From positions 6,213-70,212 of the forward strand of contig CACCYL010000003.1 of assembly GCA_902550225.1 (NCBI GenBank): 64,000 bases of DNA, given 5' to 3'. Positions 30,401 through 38,631 of the stretch are shown piece after piece. Under the pieces are notes generated by a model that had not been told where the DNA came from, did not search any database, and saw nothing but the letters and a program-made list of their open reading frames with translations. The stretch comes from an uncultured Alphaproteobacteria bacterium. Its GTDB lineage: Bacteria; Pseudomonadota; Alphaproteobacteria; Methylaequorales; Methylaequoraceae. The position numbers were made by a program, and so were the translations under genes. Numbering within the stretch: position 1 is the stretch's first letter; every line of letters begins with the position of its first letter.

Positions 30401-30886
30401 TTATATTCTAGATCCATATACTCTCCTTACAAAATATATATTGAATAATACCAGTGATAAAGAAATTATTGTATTAATATTCGCTAAGGAAAATCCCATT
30501 ACACTAAAAAGTATTTCATCACACTTTGTTAATGGAACAGAATCTAGATGCAATCTTAAATCTTCAATGCTTTCAAAATTTTCCACTGATGATGTACAAC
30601 CAGAACTATATTCTATTATTCCTCTCTCTACCAAACTATGAAAAAAAGCAATTAAGAAACTTATAAAAAAAAGAAAAAAAATTGAGTAAAAATGAATATT
30701 TTTATATTCCATAAAAAAAGAAATGATGCAGATAAAAAGTATAAAAAAATAAGGAATTCTCTGGTAAATACACAATTCACAAGGAGGGAAATTATAAAAA
30801 AATTCTAGTATGTATGCTCCAGAGATTATCATCAAAGATAGGGTAAAAACTAAAACGAAATAATATTTTTTTATAATTTCAACCAT
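30401..30886 (-). CDS. dsbB: Disulfide bond formation protein B family
   Basis: Four TM helices. PCELCIYQRIPYF first-loop Cys pair and a second periplasmic Cys pair (GC...C). Confidence 0.8.
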   Translation of the reverse strand: MVEIIKKYYFVLVFTLSLMIISGAYILEFFYNFPPCELCIYQRIPYFFILFICIISFFMEYKNIHFYSIFFLFFISFLIAFFHSLVERGIIEYSSGCTSSVENFESIEDLRLHLDSVPLTKCDEILFSVMGFSLANINTIISLSLVLFNIYFVRRVYGSRI

Positions 30887-30955
30887 ATAAATTTTAAAGA
30901 TAAGTATTTAAAACAAAGTGAATATTTTTTTCACATAATATGTTATTTAAAATTA

Positions 30956-31672
30956 ATGATTAAACATTTCAAAGAAAAATTCATTAAAAAAACCATAATT
31001 TATAAATTTTACAGATATTTTAAATATAAAATTAATTTTTTTCCTTCTTATGGTGCAACTGGAGAAGATGTTTTATTAAATAAAATATTTAAAAATAAAA
31101 TTGGTTTTTATGTAGACGTCGGTGCACTTCACCCAATTAACGGATCAAATACCTATCATCTTCATAAAAGAGGGTGGAAAGGTATTAACATTGATCTGAT
31201 GGAGGATAATATAAAACTATTCAAAATTTTTCGTCCAAACGACATTTCTTTAAGTGTTGCTATTTCATCAAAGTCTGGTTTGATAAATTCTTACATATTT
31301 GATAGTGGGTCCGGTCTTAATACATTAGATAGAAGTTGGGCTGAAAAATGGTCTAAAGTGATTAATAAAACATTTAAGACTGTCAAAATAAAAAAAGAAA
31401 AACTTACAAATCTTTTAAATAAATATAATTGCCCTAAAAATTTTGATCTTTTAAATATAGACGTTGAGAATCATGAAGTAGAGGTTTTAAGAGGATTAGA
31501 CTTTAAGATTTACAAACCAAAGATTATAACGATCGAAATACATACAAAAAAAACTAAAAATATATTTAAGTCAGATATTTATAAGTATTTGGAAAAAAAA
31601 AATTATGAGTTGATCTCACAATATTATCAAACATCTTTTTTTAAATTAAATAACTTTAATGTTATGGATTAA
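30956..31672 (+). CDS. FkbM-family methyltransferase
   Basis: YVDVGALHPINGSNT (SAM motif I-like), with the central and C-terminal pattern of the FkbM family. Confidence 0.7.
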   Translation: MIKHFKEKFIKKTIIYKFYRYFKYKINFFPSYGATGEDVLLNKIFKNKIGFYVDVGALHPINGSNTYHLHKRGWKGINIDLMEDNIKLFKIFRPNDISLSVAISSKSGLINSYIFDSGSGLNTLDRSWAEKWSKVINKTFKTVKIKKEKLTNLLNKYNCPKNFDLLNIDVENHEVEVLRGLDFKIYKPKIITIEIHTKKTKNIFKSDIYKYLEKKNYELISQYYQTSFFKLNNFNVMD

Positions 31673-32247
31673 TTTAACATATATAAAATAAAAATAATTA
31701 TTAAAATTATACTTATAAAATTAATATATTTTCCAATAATGTCTTTAGTAACATTACCATATTTAAATACAAAGTATGAAACCAAAAAAAATCTCAAGAA
31801 TCTTGATAATAAAGAGAAAATTATAAACTGAAATATATTTATTCCTATTATTCCAGATCCTAGACAAGTAATTTTGTATGGAAATGGTGAAAAACCTCCT
31901 ATAATAATTAAAATTATTCCTACTTCGTAAAATTGCTCATTAAATTGATTTAATTTAAAAATAAAAATTGGATAAATTTCTGTTAAAAGCGGAGAGATTT
32001 TATTCCAAATAAAAAATCCGATGTAATAAGCAAAAAGTCCTCCAAGAACTGAAAAAGCGGTCACATAAATGGAAATTTTTAGGTATTCATTTCTTTTAGC
32101 CAAGACATATGGTATCAAAAAAATATCAGTTGGAACTGGAAAAAAAATAGATTCTATAAACGATATTAAGTAAACATAAATTCTTGAATTTTTTTGTGAA
32201 AAAAAATTTATGCTTCTATCAAATATTTTCTCATATAAATTTCTCAT
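31669..32247 (-). CDS. YqaA-like (DedA-related) membrane protein
   Basis: ISFIESIFFPVPTDIFLIPY motif and 4-5 TM helices. Confidence 0.65.
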   Translation of the reverse strand: MRNLYEKIFDRSINFFSQKNSRIYVYLISFIESIFFPVPTDIFLIPYVLAKRNEYLKISIYVTAFSVLGGLFAYYIGFFIWNKISPLLTEIYPIFIFKLNQFNEQFYEVGIILIIIGGFSPFPYKITCLGSGIIGINIFQFIIFSLLSRFLRFFLVSYFVFKYGNVTKDIIGKYINFISIILIIIFILYMLN

Positions 32248-32637
32248 TTTTTTGTTTACTTAACTTGTTTCCTTCTAATAAATAGAAGAATTTTTGAATG
32301 AGTCAAAATGATATTTAAATTATGAGTTTATTTATAATAGTCTAGGTTGAATTCCTTTTTCTAATTTCTCAATAATTTTTTAGTTTTAACTTTAAAGCAA
32401 TCTCTGCATTAAAATCTATTAGTATCATCAAAAAAAGAAATTTTTAAATGTTTTTTTTTAAATTTTTTTATTAGAGTGTAAAATAAAAATTAGTTACAAA
32501 TGCAAAATTAAAGAAGCTATAAATATTAGGATGTTACAGAGAAATTTGATACGGTCGTTGAAAAAAAAATTGGATTCAAGAAGTCTGTATTCAAAATTTT
32601 ACTTAGAAAAATTCCATATTTTAAGTAAATAAAAATT

Positions 32638-33246
32638 ATGACATTGGAAATAATTGACAAAATACTTAACTTGTATCTGTCATTAGAGCATTTAGTGAAT
32701 TTACATTTTTATAAATTCTCTTTTGCTTTCGTTTTAGTTTCTATTTTTTGGGTATCTTTTATAGGTATTGTAACTCCAGTGATTTTAATTTCAACTCTAA
32801 CTTTTGGATATTTCGGTGCATTTATTTCTTTATTTACACTTATGATAAGTTCTTTAATAAATTTTTTCTTAGCCACTAAAGCAAAAAGTTTGATTTCAAA
32901 ACTTAAATATAAAAAACCATTAATTTCAGATAATCCTCTTATTCTTTATATTATATTTCGTTTTCTTCCAGGAGCACCCTATCTAATTAAGAATTTTTCA
33001 GTGGTTTTATTTAAGCTGAACTTAAAAAAGTTTTTTCTGGCAGTTATATTATCTGATACACCCCAAGTAATTATTTTTACTTTTTTTTTTAAAAGGTTAA
33101 TTGACTCGTCTAGTAATATTTTTATTAATAGAAATTACAATCAAGTGGTTGAACAAATGTATTTACCAATGTTATTAATTTTTGGTTTCTTTATATTTTT
33201 ATATTTTCTAAATAAGAAAATTGGGGCTAAATTTTTTGAAAAATGA
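32638..33246 (+). CDS. TVP38/TMEM64 (DedA superfamily) membrane protein
   Basis: Polytopic, with the RFLPGAPYLIKNF re-entrant loop motif. Confidence 0.6.
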   Translation: MTLEIIDKILNLYLSLEHLVNLHFYKFSFAFVLVSIFWVSFIGIVTPVILISTLTFGYFGAFISLFTLMISSLINFFLATKAKSLISKLKYKKPLISDNPLILYIIFRFLPGAPYLIKNFSVVLFKLNLKKFFLAVILSDTPQVIIFTFFFKRLIDSSSNIFINRNYNQVVEQMYLPMLLIFGFFIFLYFLNKKIGAKFFEK

Positions 33247-33306
33247 TAAATAATTTTTCAGTTAATTTATTTTTCATATGATATAAAGTTTTAAATAATT
33301 TTTTTA

Positions 33307-33393
33307 GCCCCTATGGCGGAATTGGTAGACGCGACGGATTCAAAATCCGTTGAACTTCGGTTCATGTCCGTTCGAGTCGGACTAGGGGTACCA
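33307..33393 (+). tRNA. tRNA-Leu (anticodon CAA), CCA encoded
   Basis: Hand-folded cloverleaf: acceptor GCCCCTA/TAGGGGT, D arm GCG-GAATTGGTAGA-CGC, anticodon stem ACGGA/TCCGT with loop TTCAAAA, long variable arm GAAC-TTCG-GTTC, T arm GTCCG-TTCGAGT-CGGAC, discriminator A, CCA. Confidence 0.93.
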
Positions 33394-33416
33394 TTTTTTT
33401 AAAAATAGAGATAATT

Positions 33417-34346
33417 TTAATTTATGAATGATTGTAGATTTTTTTTGGCATATAACATTTTAGGATAATAATGTTGTTCAAGATCCTCTAACAGCCAATC
33501 AACATTAATTGAATCCATTTTTGTAAATAATAAGTTAGGAATTCCATGTAACTTTAAGTCAGATTTATGAGGAATGTATTTGGGTAAACCGCCACTTGGA
33601 TCTAAAACAAACATTTCCAAGCCATATTTTCTCATATGAACTCTCATAGTATTTAAAGAATCGTTTAATCTAGCCAAACAATGAGGAGCATATTCAACAA
33701 TCCAATATCGCACAATATCGTTTTTAAGAAGAGATTGGGATCCACGAAGAATTTGCCCCTCAAAACCTTCAACATCAATTTTCACAACTTTTATTTTTTT
33801 ATCATTAATTTCTTTATCTAATGTGGACGTTTTTAAACTCTTCCAATCTAAATTTTCATTATCAGGTTTTTTAACACCATATGATGTTCCTGAATCATGT
33901 GAAGAAAAGTGAAAAAAAACTTCCTCACCACTGCTCTCTCCAAGAATAGTTTTTTTTAGTTTTATATTTCTAAAATTGTTAAGTTTTATATTTGCTCTCA
34001 ATTCCTCAGAGCTCTCTTTTCCAGGTTCAAAGGCAATGACTTTACCCTCAGACCCTACTAGTGAACTCATTAATAATGAATGCATTCCTATATTAGCACC
34101 AATGTCAACACATGTGTCTTTTGGACTTATTATACGTGTTAAGAAAAGACCAATATCGTTTTCATAAAAATGTCCGTTCTTTATCCACGAATAAATAGTT
34201 TTATGATTATTTTTTTCTGGATAAAAATTATATTTAAACTCTTTTTGATGCAATTTTTTCATCAAAATATTTCTTTCGTTTAAATAATAGCTATTGTAAC
34301 TAAATCTGAGAAGTTTTTGTTCTTTAAACATAACCAAAATTAGCAA
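33417..34346 (-). CDS. FkbM-family methyltransferase (island segment 1)
   Basis: CVDIGANIGMHS SAM motif, VIAFEP and KIDVEGFE FkbM motifs. Confidence 0.75.
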   Translation of the reverse strand: MLILVMFKEQKLLRFSYNSYYLNERNILMKKLHQKEFKYNFYPEKNNHKTIYSWIKNGHFYENDIGLFLTRIISPKDTCVDIGANIGMHSLLMSSLVGSEGKVIAFEPGKESSEELRANIKLNNFRNIKLKKTILGESSGEEVFFHFSSHDSGTSYGVKKPDNENLDWKSLKTSTLDKEINDKKIKVVKIDVEGFEGQILRGSQSLLKNDIVRYWIVEYAPHCLARLNDSLNTMRVHMRKYGLEMFVLDPSGGLPKYIPHKSDLKLHGIPNLLFTKMDSINVDWLLEDLEQHYYPKMLYAKKNLQSFIN

Positions 34347-34441
34347 TATTTATACCAATGGAATTAAAATAACTAGTTCAATTACATTGATAAATTTTTA
34401 AGGAAATGTAAGAGATAGAGCAATTAGTTTCCCAATTATAA

Positions 34442-34480
34442 AGTGATAATTCTAAAAAGTGTGATAGTAAAGTGTGATAG
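34442..34480 (+). repeat. Phased direct repeats: AGTGATAA (34442), GTGTGATAG (34459-34467) and GTGTGATAG (34472-34480), flanked by A-runs
   Basis: Read directly. The two exact 9-mers start 13 bp apart. Homologous blocks occur at 37537-37558 and 46416-46437. Confidence 0.85.
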
Positions 34481-34527
34481 AAAAAACTTTATTTATTTAA
34501 ATCAATGACTTACATCCAAACGCAACT

Positions 34528-34584
34528 GATTCAAAATCCCTTGAACTTCGGTTCATGTCCGTTCGAGTCGGACTAGGGGTACCA
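34528..34584 (+). repeat. Copy of the 3' 57 nt of tRNA-Leu(CAA), from anticodon loop to CCA; att-like remnant 1
   Basis: 56/57 identical to 33337-33393. The single difference is C at 34540 against G at 33349. Confidence 0.9.
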
Positions 34585-34588
34585 TCAT

Positions 34589-35743
34589 TTAAAAGTTTCT
34601 GAACCTTTTCGGATTTAGCATCAAAATACTTGACAAAATCATGCAAGAAATGGCCAAAAAAATTGAGCTCTTGTAGTTATTTTCTAAATCAATGAGCATA
34701 CCGGAAACATACGGGCCAATTATTTGACCAATACTAAATGCAGTGGTCATAATAGCGACAGAAATATTAACATTCCCAATGAATCTTTTTTTCCCTTCAA
34801 CTAAAATTAATGCAACGGATCCAGGAACGCCTAAACCATATAGTAAACAAGCAAGAAAAAAGTAACTAACATTGTTCAAAAGTAAAAATGCAACACCTAG
34901 AGTAACTGTCGAACAAGAAAACAATAATAGCAAATCTGTGCTAATTTTTCTAGATAACCAATTCCAAACTAAAACCGAAGGAATGGCAAATAATCCTACT
35001 ATTATCCATGACATATACTGATAAAAAGAAATTTCAAATGAATTTATAGCTATTGCACTTATAAATGTTCCGAAAATTATATAACCAATGCCAAAGAAAA
35101 AATATCCCAATGAAATTACGATAAAATTTATTTGCAGTTTACTTTTAACTGAATTTCTATCTTCGTTTTTATAATCTAATTTCTGAGGGATAAAAATAAT
35201 AATGCCCGTACATAGTAATGCTCCAATCAAACCTACAAAAATCCATTGGTGAGTCCATAGAAGATCTACGGTTGAAATTATCCATACAACTGATGTTCCA
35301 ATAACTATGCCCAAACCAATCCCAGAAAAGTGATAAAGTTGTAAGGTTTTGTTTAAAGATTCTTTAAAGAAATTAAACATCAATGATATTGTGTATACAA
35401 AACTTAGCGCACTTGAAATCCCACATAAAAATCTTAACGTACAAAAAATCCTTAAATCTGTGGTAAATCCCATTAAACAAATTGTAACCACAGAAATAAT
35501 TGAAGAAAAAATAATCATTTTTCTGAAATTATTATATTTCCAAATAATTGGGATTATTGATCCAATTAGATAACCAAAATAGTTAAATGAGGATATCATC
35601 CCCATATTTGTTGAATTAAGATATAATTCATTTTGCATATTGGGCAATATAGGTGTGTATATAAATCTTCCAAAACCGATAGCTATTAAGGTCGAAAAAA
35701 TACCTGCCATAATAACATTAAAATTTACCTTTGAAAATTTCAT
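34589..35743 (-). CDS. MFS transporter, YbfB/YjiJ (DUF1228) type
   Basis: 12 TM helices. N-terminal GFGRFIYTPILPNM motif typical of YbfB-like MFS proteins. Confidence 0.72.
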   Translation of the reverse strand: MKFSKVNFNVIMAGIFSTLIAIGFGRFIYTPILPNMQNELYLNSTNMGMISSFNYFGYLIGSIIPIIWKYNNFRKMIIFSSIISVVTICLMGFTTDLRIFCTLRFLCGISSALSFVYTISLMFNFFKESLNKTLQLYHFSGIGLGIVIGTSVVWIISTVDLLWTHQWIFVGLIGALLCTGIIIFIPQKLDYKNEDRNSVKSKLQINFIVISLGYFFFGIGYIIFGTFISAIAINSFEISFYQYMSWIIVGLFAIPSVLVWNWLSRKISTDLLLLFSCSTVTLGVAFLLLNNVSYFFLACLLYGLGVPGSVALILVEGKKRFIGNVNISVAIMTTAFSIGQIIGPYVSGMLIDLENNYKSSIFLAISCMILSSILMLNPKRFRNF

Positions 35744-35766
35744 CTGAGTATTAAATTAATATATAT

Positions 35767-36555
35767 ATGACTATAAATAAATATTGTTGGTTTTTTAGTT
35801 TTTCTATAAAATTATTTTCAGTATTTACTATAATATATCTTACCTTTTCATTTCCTATTAATGCTCATCACAAAATAGATAATCCAACAATAAAATTTTC
35901 CGAATCCCCAGAAATAAGAAATTTTTTTTTTGAATGGAGGGGGCATATAAATCTTGATAGAAAAAAAGAAAATCATGAAACGTATCATCAAGTATTAGAA
36001 TTCGTTAAAGGATGGAACAAACGCTATGAAACAGATTTTGAATTACATATTGCTGATTTAAAAAATAGTTCATTAGCAATTCCAAAAGTAAAATTTCAAA
36101 ATAAATACAATTTTATTAATAATAAAAATTTTCTATTCTCAACTTTTTTTTCATTTAATTTAGCCACTGAGAAAAATAGTTCGGATCAAATAGAATATAA
36201 ATTTCTATTTCAAAACAAATTTAAGTATTTTGTTTTTAATAATGGTTTTGGGTTTTATAAAAATATAAATGGAAAAAATTCAAAAAACACGGTTCTAAAA
36301 TATTTTCCATTAATTTACTTTAAAAAACCTATTATATCCGATATTCATTTGGCAATCGCAGGAAGTAGTGATTTCGGGAAAATTTCAAAGTTTAGTACAT
36401 ACACTAATCAAAAACATCAATACGGAGTTGGGATTAAAAAAACTTTTCAAAAAAATACTCCACGCGAAATTGATTTAACAATTGCATATTTAAAGGGTCT
36501 GAATTCAAAGTCATTTGATCAATCACTTATTTGGTATGTAAATAAATCATTCTAA
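35767..36555 (+). CDS. Hypothetical secreted protein, possible outer-membrane beta-barrel
   Basis: N-terminal signal/anchor, alternating aromatic/polar strands, C-terminal ...LIWYVNKSF ending in Phe (OMP-type terminus). Confidence 0.45.
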   Translation: MTINKYCWFFSFSIKLFSVFTIIYLTFSFPINAHHKIDNPTIKFSESPEIRNFFFEWRGHINLDRKKENHETYHQVLEFVKGWNKRYETDFELHIADLKNSSLAIPKVKFQNKYNFINNKNFLFSTFFSFNLATEKNSSDQIEYKFLFQNKFKYFVFNNGFGFYKNINGKNSKNTVLKYFPLIYFKKPIISDIHLAIAGSSDFGKISKFSTYTNQKHQYGVGIKKTFQKNTPREIDLTIAYLKGLNSKSFDQSLIWYVNKSF

Positions 36556-36747
36556 TTATTATTAAATTATTTATAACAGAGTTTGTGTCCATCGAGGTAA
36601 GATATATAGACTGCATCTCAATCAATTTTGCACTAGCGGTGTTGGAAATTAATTAAAATAGCATAAACAATTTAAAATTTTAAATTTTTTATCTCATAAT
36701 ATCTTCAAACTTCTTGTAAAATATTTTTTTATAGTAATACTAATATT

Positions 36748-37254
36748 ATGAATTTGATCTTTGTAATTATTATTCTGTTGTTTTCTTTTAATTTAAATGC
36801 ATCATGCAAGTTTAAAAATTCAACTTCAAATGATGAAGTTAAATACACTATTCAGAAATCTATAAATGTTGATGACATTGAAGGTCATGTGATTAGAATT
36901 TTCAAAACAGAAACCAATCATAAAAAATCAAAAAAAAATTGTGAAGGTCTTAGGATAGTCAAAACAGATTTTTATGGTATTAGTGATTACATTAACAAAA
37001 ACGGAAGGGTAACTGGCTATTCAATTGGAATTTACGACGATGGTAGCAAAATTTTCTCTCGAGTTGATGGTGTTGCTCAAACCCCAGAAGACGTTAGTAA
37101 AAATGGTCTTGTTAATACTTCAATTACAATAACGGGAGGAACTGGGATCTACAAAGGAGTAATTGGTTATGGTAAAGGACAAGTAGAATTTAATCCCGAA
37201 ACAGGCTACTCCGCCGGGAATACCGAAACATTTTACACAATCTCAGTAAAATAA
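36748..37254 (+). CDS. Hypothetical secreted protein with dirigent/AOC-barrel-like GGTGxYxG motif
   Basis: Signal peptide MNLIFVIIILLFSFNLNA. C-terminal ITITGGTGIYKGVIGYGKG motif. Confidence 0.5.
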   Translation: MNLIFVIIILLFSFNLNASCKFKNSTSNDEVKYTIQKSINVDDIEGHVIRIFKTETNHKKSKKNCEGLRIVKTDFYGISDYINKNGRVTGYSIGIYDDGSKIFSRVDGVAQTPEDVSKNGLVNTSITITGGTGIYKGVIGYGKGQVEFNPETGYSAGNTETFYTISVK

Positions 37255-37258
37255 AACC

Positions 37259-37332
37259 GATGGCTGAGGGGATTTGAACTCCTTACATCTAGTACTGCAA
37301 ACTAGCGCTCTAACAAACTGAGCTTCAGTTAG
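37259..37332 (-). tRNA. tRNA-Cys(GCA)-like sequence with mismatched acceptor stem (pseudo-tRNA or 5'-truncated att remnant)
   Basis: The reverse complement folds as D arm GCTC-AGTTTGTTA-GAGC, anticodon stem CTAGT/ACTAG with loop TTGCAGT, and T arm AGGAG-TTCAAAT-CCCCT (1 mismatch). The acceptor CTAACTG vs CAGCCAT pairs at only 4 of 7 positions. No CCA. Confidence 0.5.
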
Positions 37333-37536
37333 TATTTTGAATAAATGCTCTACATTCATAGGGATATTCTTGGAAAAAATATGAAGAAATAGATTTCCTA
37401 GTCCTTAATGACTACATCACGATAAAGGAAGGTAACAAAAGAACTGACAACTTAATTAAAGAGGAATATAGATGTGGTTTTTATTATATCTTTGGTGGTC
37501 ATTGCTATACCGAACAATCTAAATAATTTGAAAAAA

Positions 37537-37558
37537 GTGTGATAGTAAAATGTGATAG
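37537..37558 (+). repeat. Phased direct repeats GTGTGATAG (37537-37545) and aTGTGATAG (37550-37558)
   Basis: Same 13-bp phasing and A-run flanks as at 34459-34480. No clear tRNA-Leu fragment follows. Confidence 0.8.
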
Positions 37559-37617
37559 AAAAAATTAAAAATTTTATTTTGGGTAATTCTTATGTTATTC
37601 AAATTAATTTTTTGAAT

Positions 37618-38631
37618 TTATTGATTTAATCCTTTTCTATATTTTTCATCTTTTGAATTTAATAACTTTTGTATTTCTTTTTTTGAAATGGTGCATATTT
37701 TTTCAACATTTTTTTGCCTTATGATTATTTCATAAAAACATTGTAACTGTTCAAGTTTGTTTGTATCAAATGATTTTTTTATATAAATTCCCTCATTTTT
37801 TATAAACACTAATTCTTGCGAATCTTTCTGTTTCTTGTAATTTTCGAAAAATTGAGACAAAGAATCATACGTATTTGGTCGAGATCCCAAGAATACTGTT
37901 TGATCAGGAAAGAGATTCCACTTGTTATTTAAACACCAAAATAATTTATTATCAAAAACTAATTGCATTAATTTTAAGTCATTAATTAGATTATGATCTT
38001 TGGTTATTTTTTTTTTAAAATCTTTCTCTATTTTTATTGATTTTTTGGGAGTTGTTTTTAAAACTTGTAACAATTTAAAAAGATCTAAACTTATTTCATT
38101 TAAACTATCTCCTGAAATAATAATCCCATGGTTTTTGAGTAAAAAAATATTAATTTTTTTTTTTTCTTTTATCGTTTTATCAAAAATTTCTGTTGCTAAT
38201 TCTTTGCCTGGCATTTTGTAATCAATGCACAAGTAATTTTTAGTATAATTAATTCTTTCAGATAAATCTATTTCTGCGCTATTCCTTACTAAATATGAAA
38301 TTGCTTCAACGGCATGTAGATGAATTACAAATTTATGTTTTATTATACCATGCATTAAGGTCTCCATTGATGGTTTTAAATTTTTAAATTCATTATTCTT
38401 ATTTTCCAAGTTTCCTCCTTGATAAAAATTAGCATTTAATTTTTCTAGACTAACTTTTACAAAAATATTTTTGTGCAAAGCATCTTTTAAAGAAAGTCCC
38501 GAGGCTTTAATTAATAATTCATCGTTATGTTTATAAGATACATTACCGCCTATACCCTGAACTAAAAGTATATTTTTGCCTACTTTGTCACAAAATTGTG
38601 ACAATTTTTTTATTTGTTTACTTTGGTTCAT
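37618..38631 (-). CDS. Class II aldolase/adducin-domain protein
   Basis: QGIGGNVSYK and KPSMETLMH..VIHLHA motifs, resembling the N-terminal aldolase half of bifunctional aldolase/SDR proteins and the AraD/MtnB fold. Confidence 0.6.
   Translation of the reverse strand: MNQSKQIKKLSQFCDKVGKNILLVQGIGGNVSYKHNDELLIKASGLSLKDALHKNIFVKVSLEKLNANFYQGGNLENKNNEFKNLKPSMETLMHGIIKHKFVIHLHAVEAISYLVRNSAEIDLSERINYTKNYLCIDYKMPGKELATEIFDKTIKEKKKINIFLLKNHGIIISGDSLNEISLDLFKLLQVLKTTPKKSIKIEKDFKKKITKDHNLINDLKLMQLVFDNKLFWCLNNKWNLFPDQTVFLGSRPNTYDSLSQFFENYKKQKDSQELVFIKNEGIYIKKSFDTNKLEQLQCFYEIIIRQKNVEKICTISKKEIQKLLNSKDEKYRKGLNQ

Noticed and set aside
30384-30641. 85-aa plus-strand ORF
   Set aside because: It is antisense to the dsbB-family gene, whose CxxC loop and four TM helices are clear.
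32531-32632. 33-codon basic ORF (MLQRNLIRSLKKKLDSRSLYSKFYLEKFHILSK) in the 390-bp gap
   Set aside because: It has no RBS and no recognisable motif, and such ORFs are expected by chance. The gap is mentioned only in a finding.
37440-37535. Short frame reading DVVFIISLVVIAIPNNLNNLKKV, faintly like a type IV pilin/pseudopilin N-terminal helix
   Set aside because: It lacks the G-F-T-L-I-E processing motif, has no start codon and is only about 24 codons between stops. It is probably chance in AT-rich DNA or an unrecognisable gene remnant.
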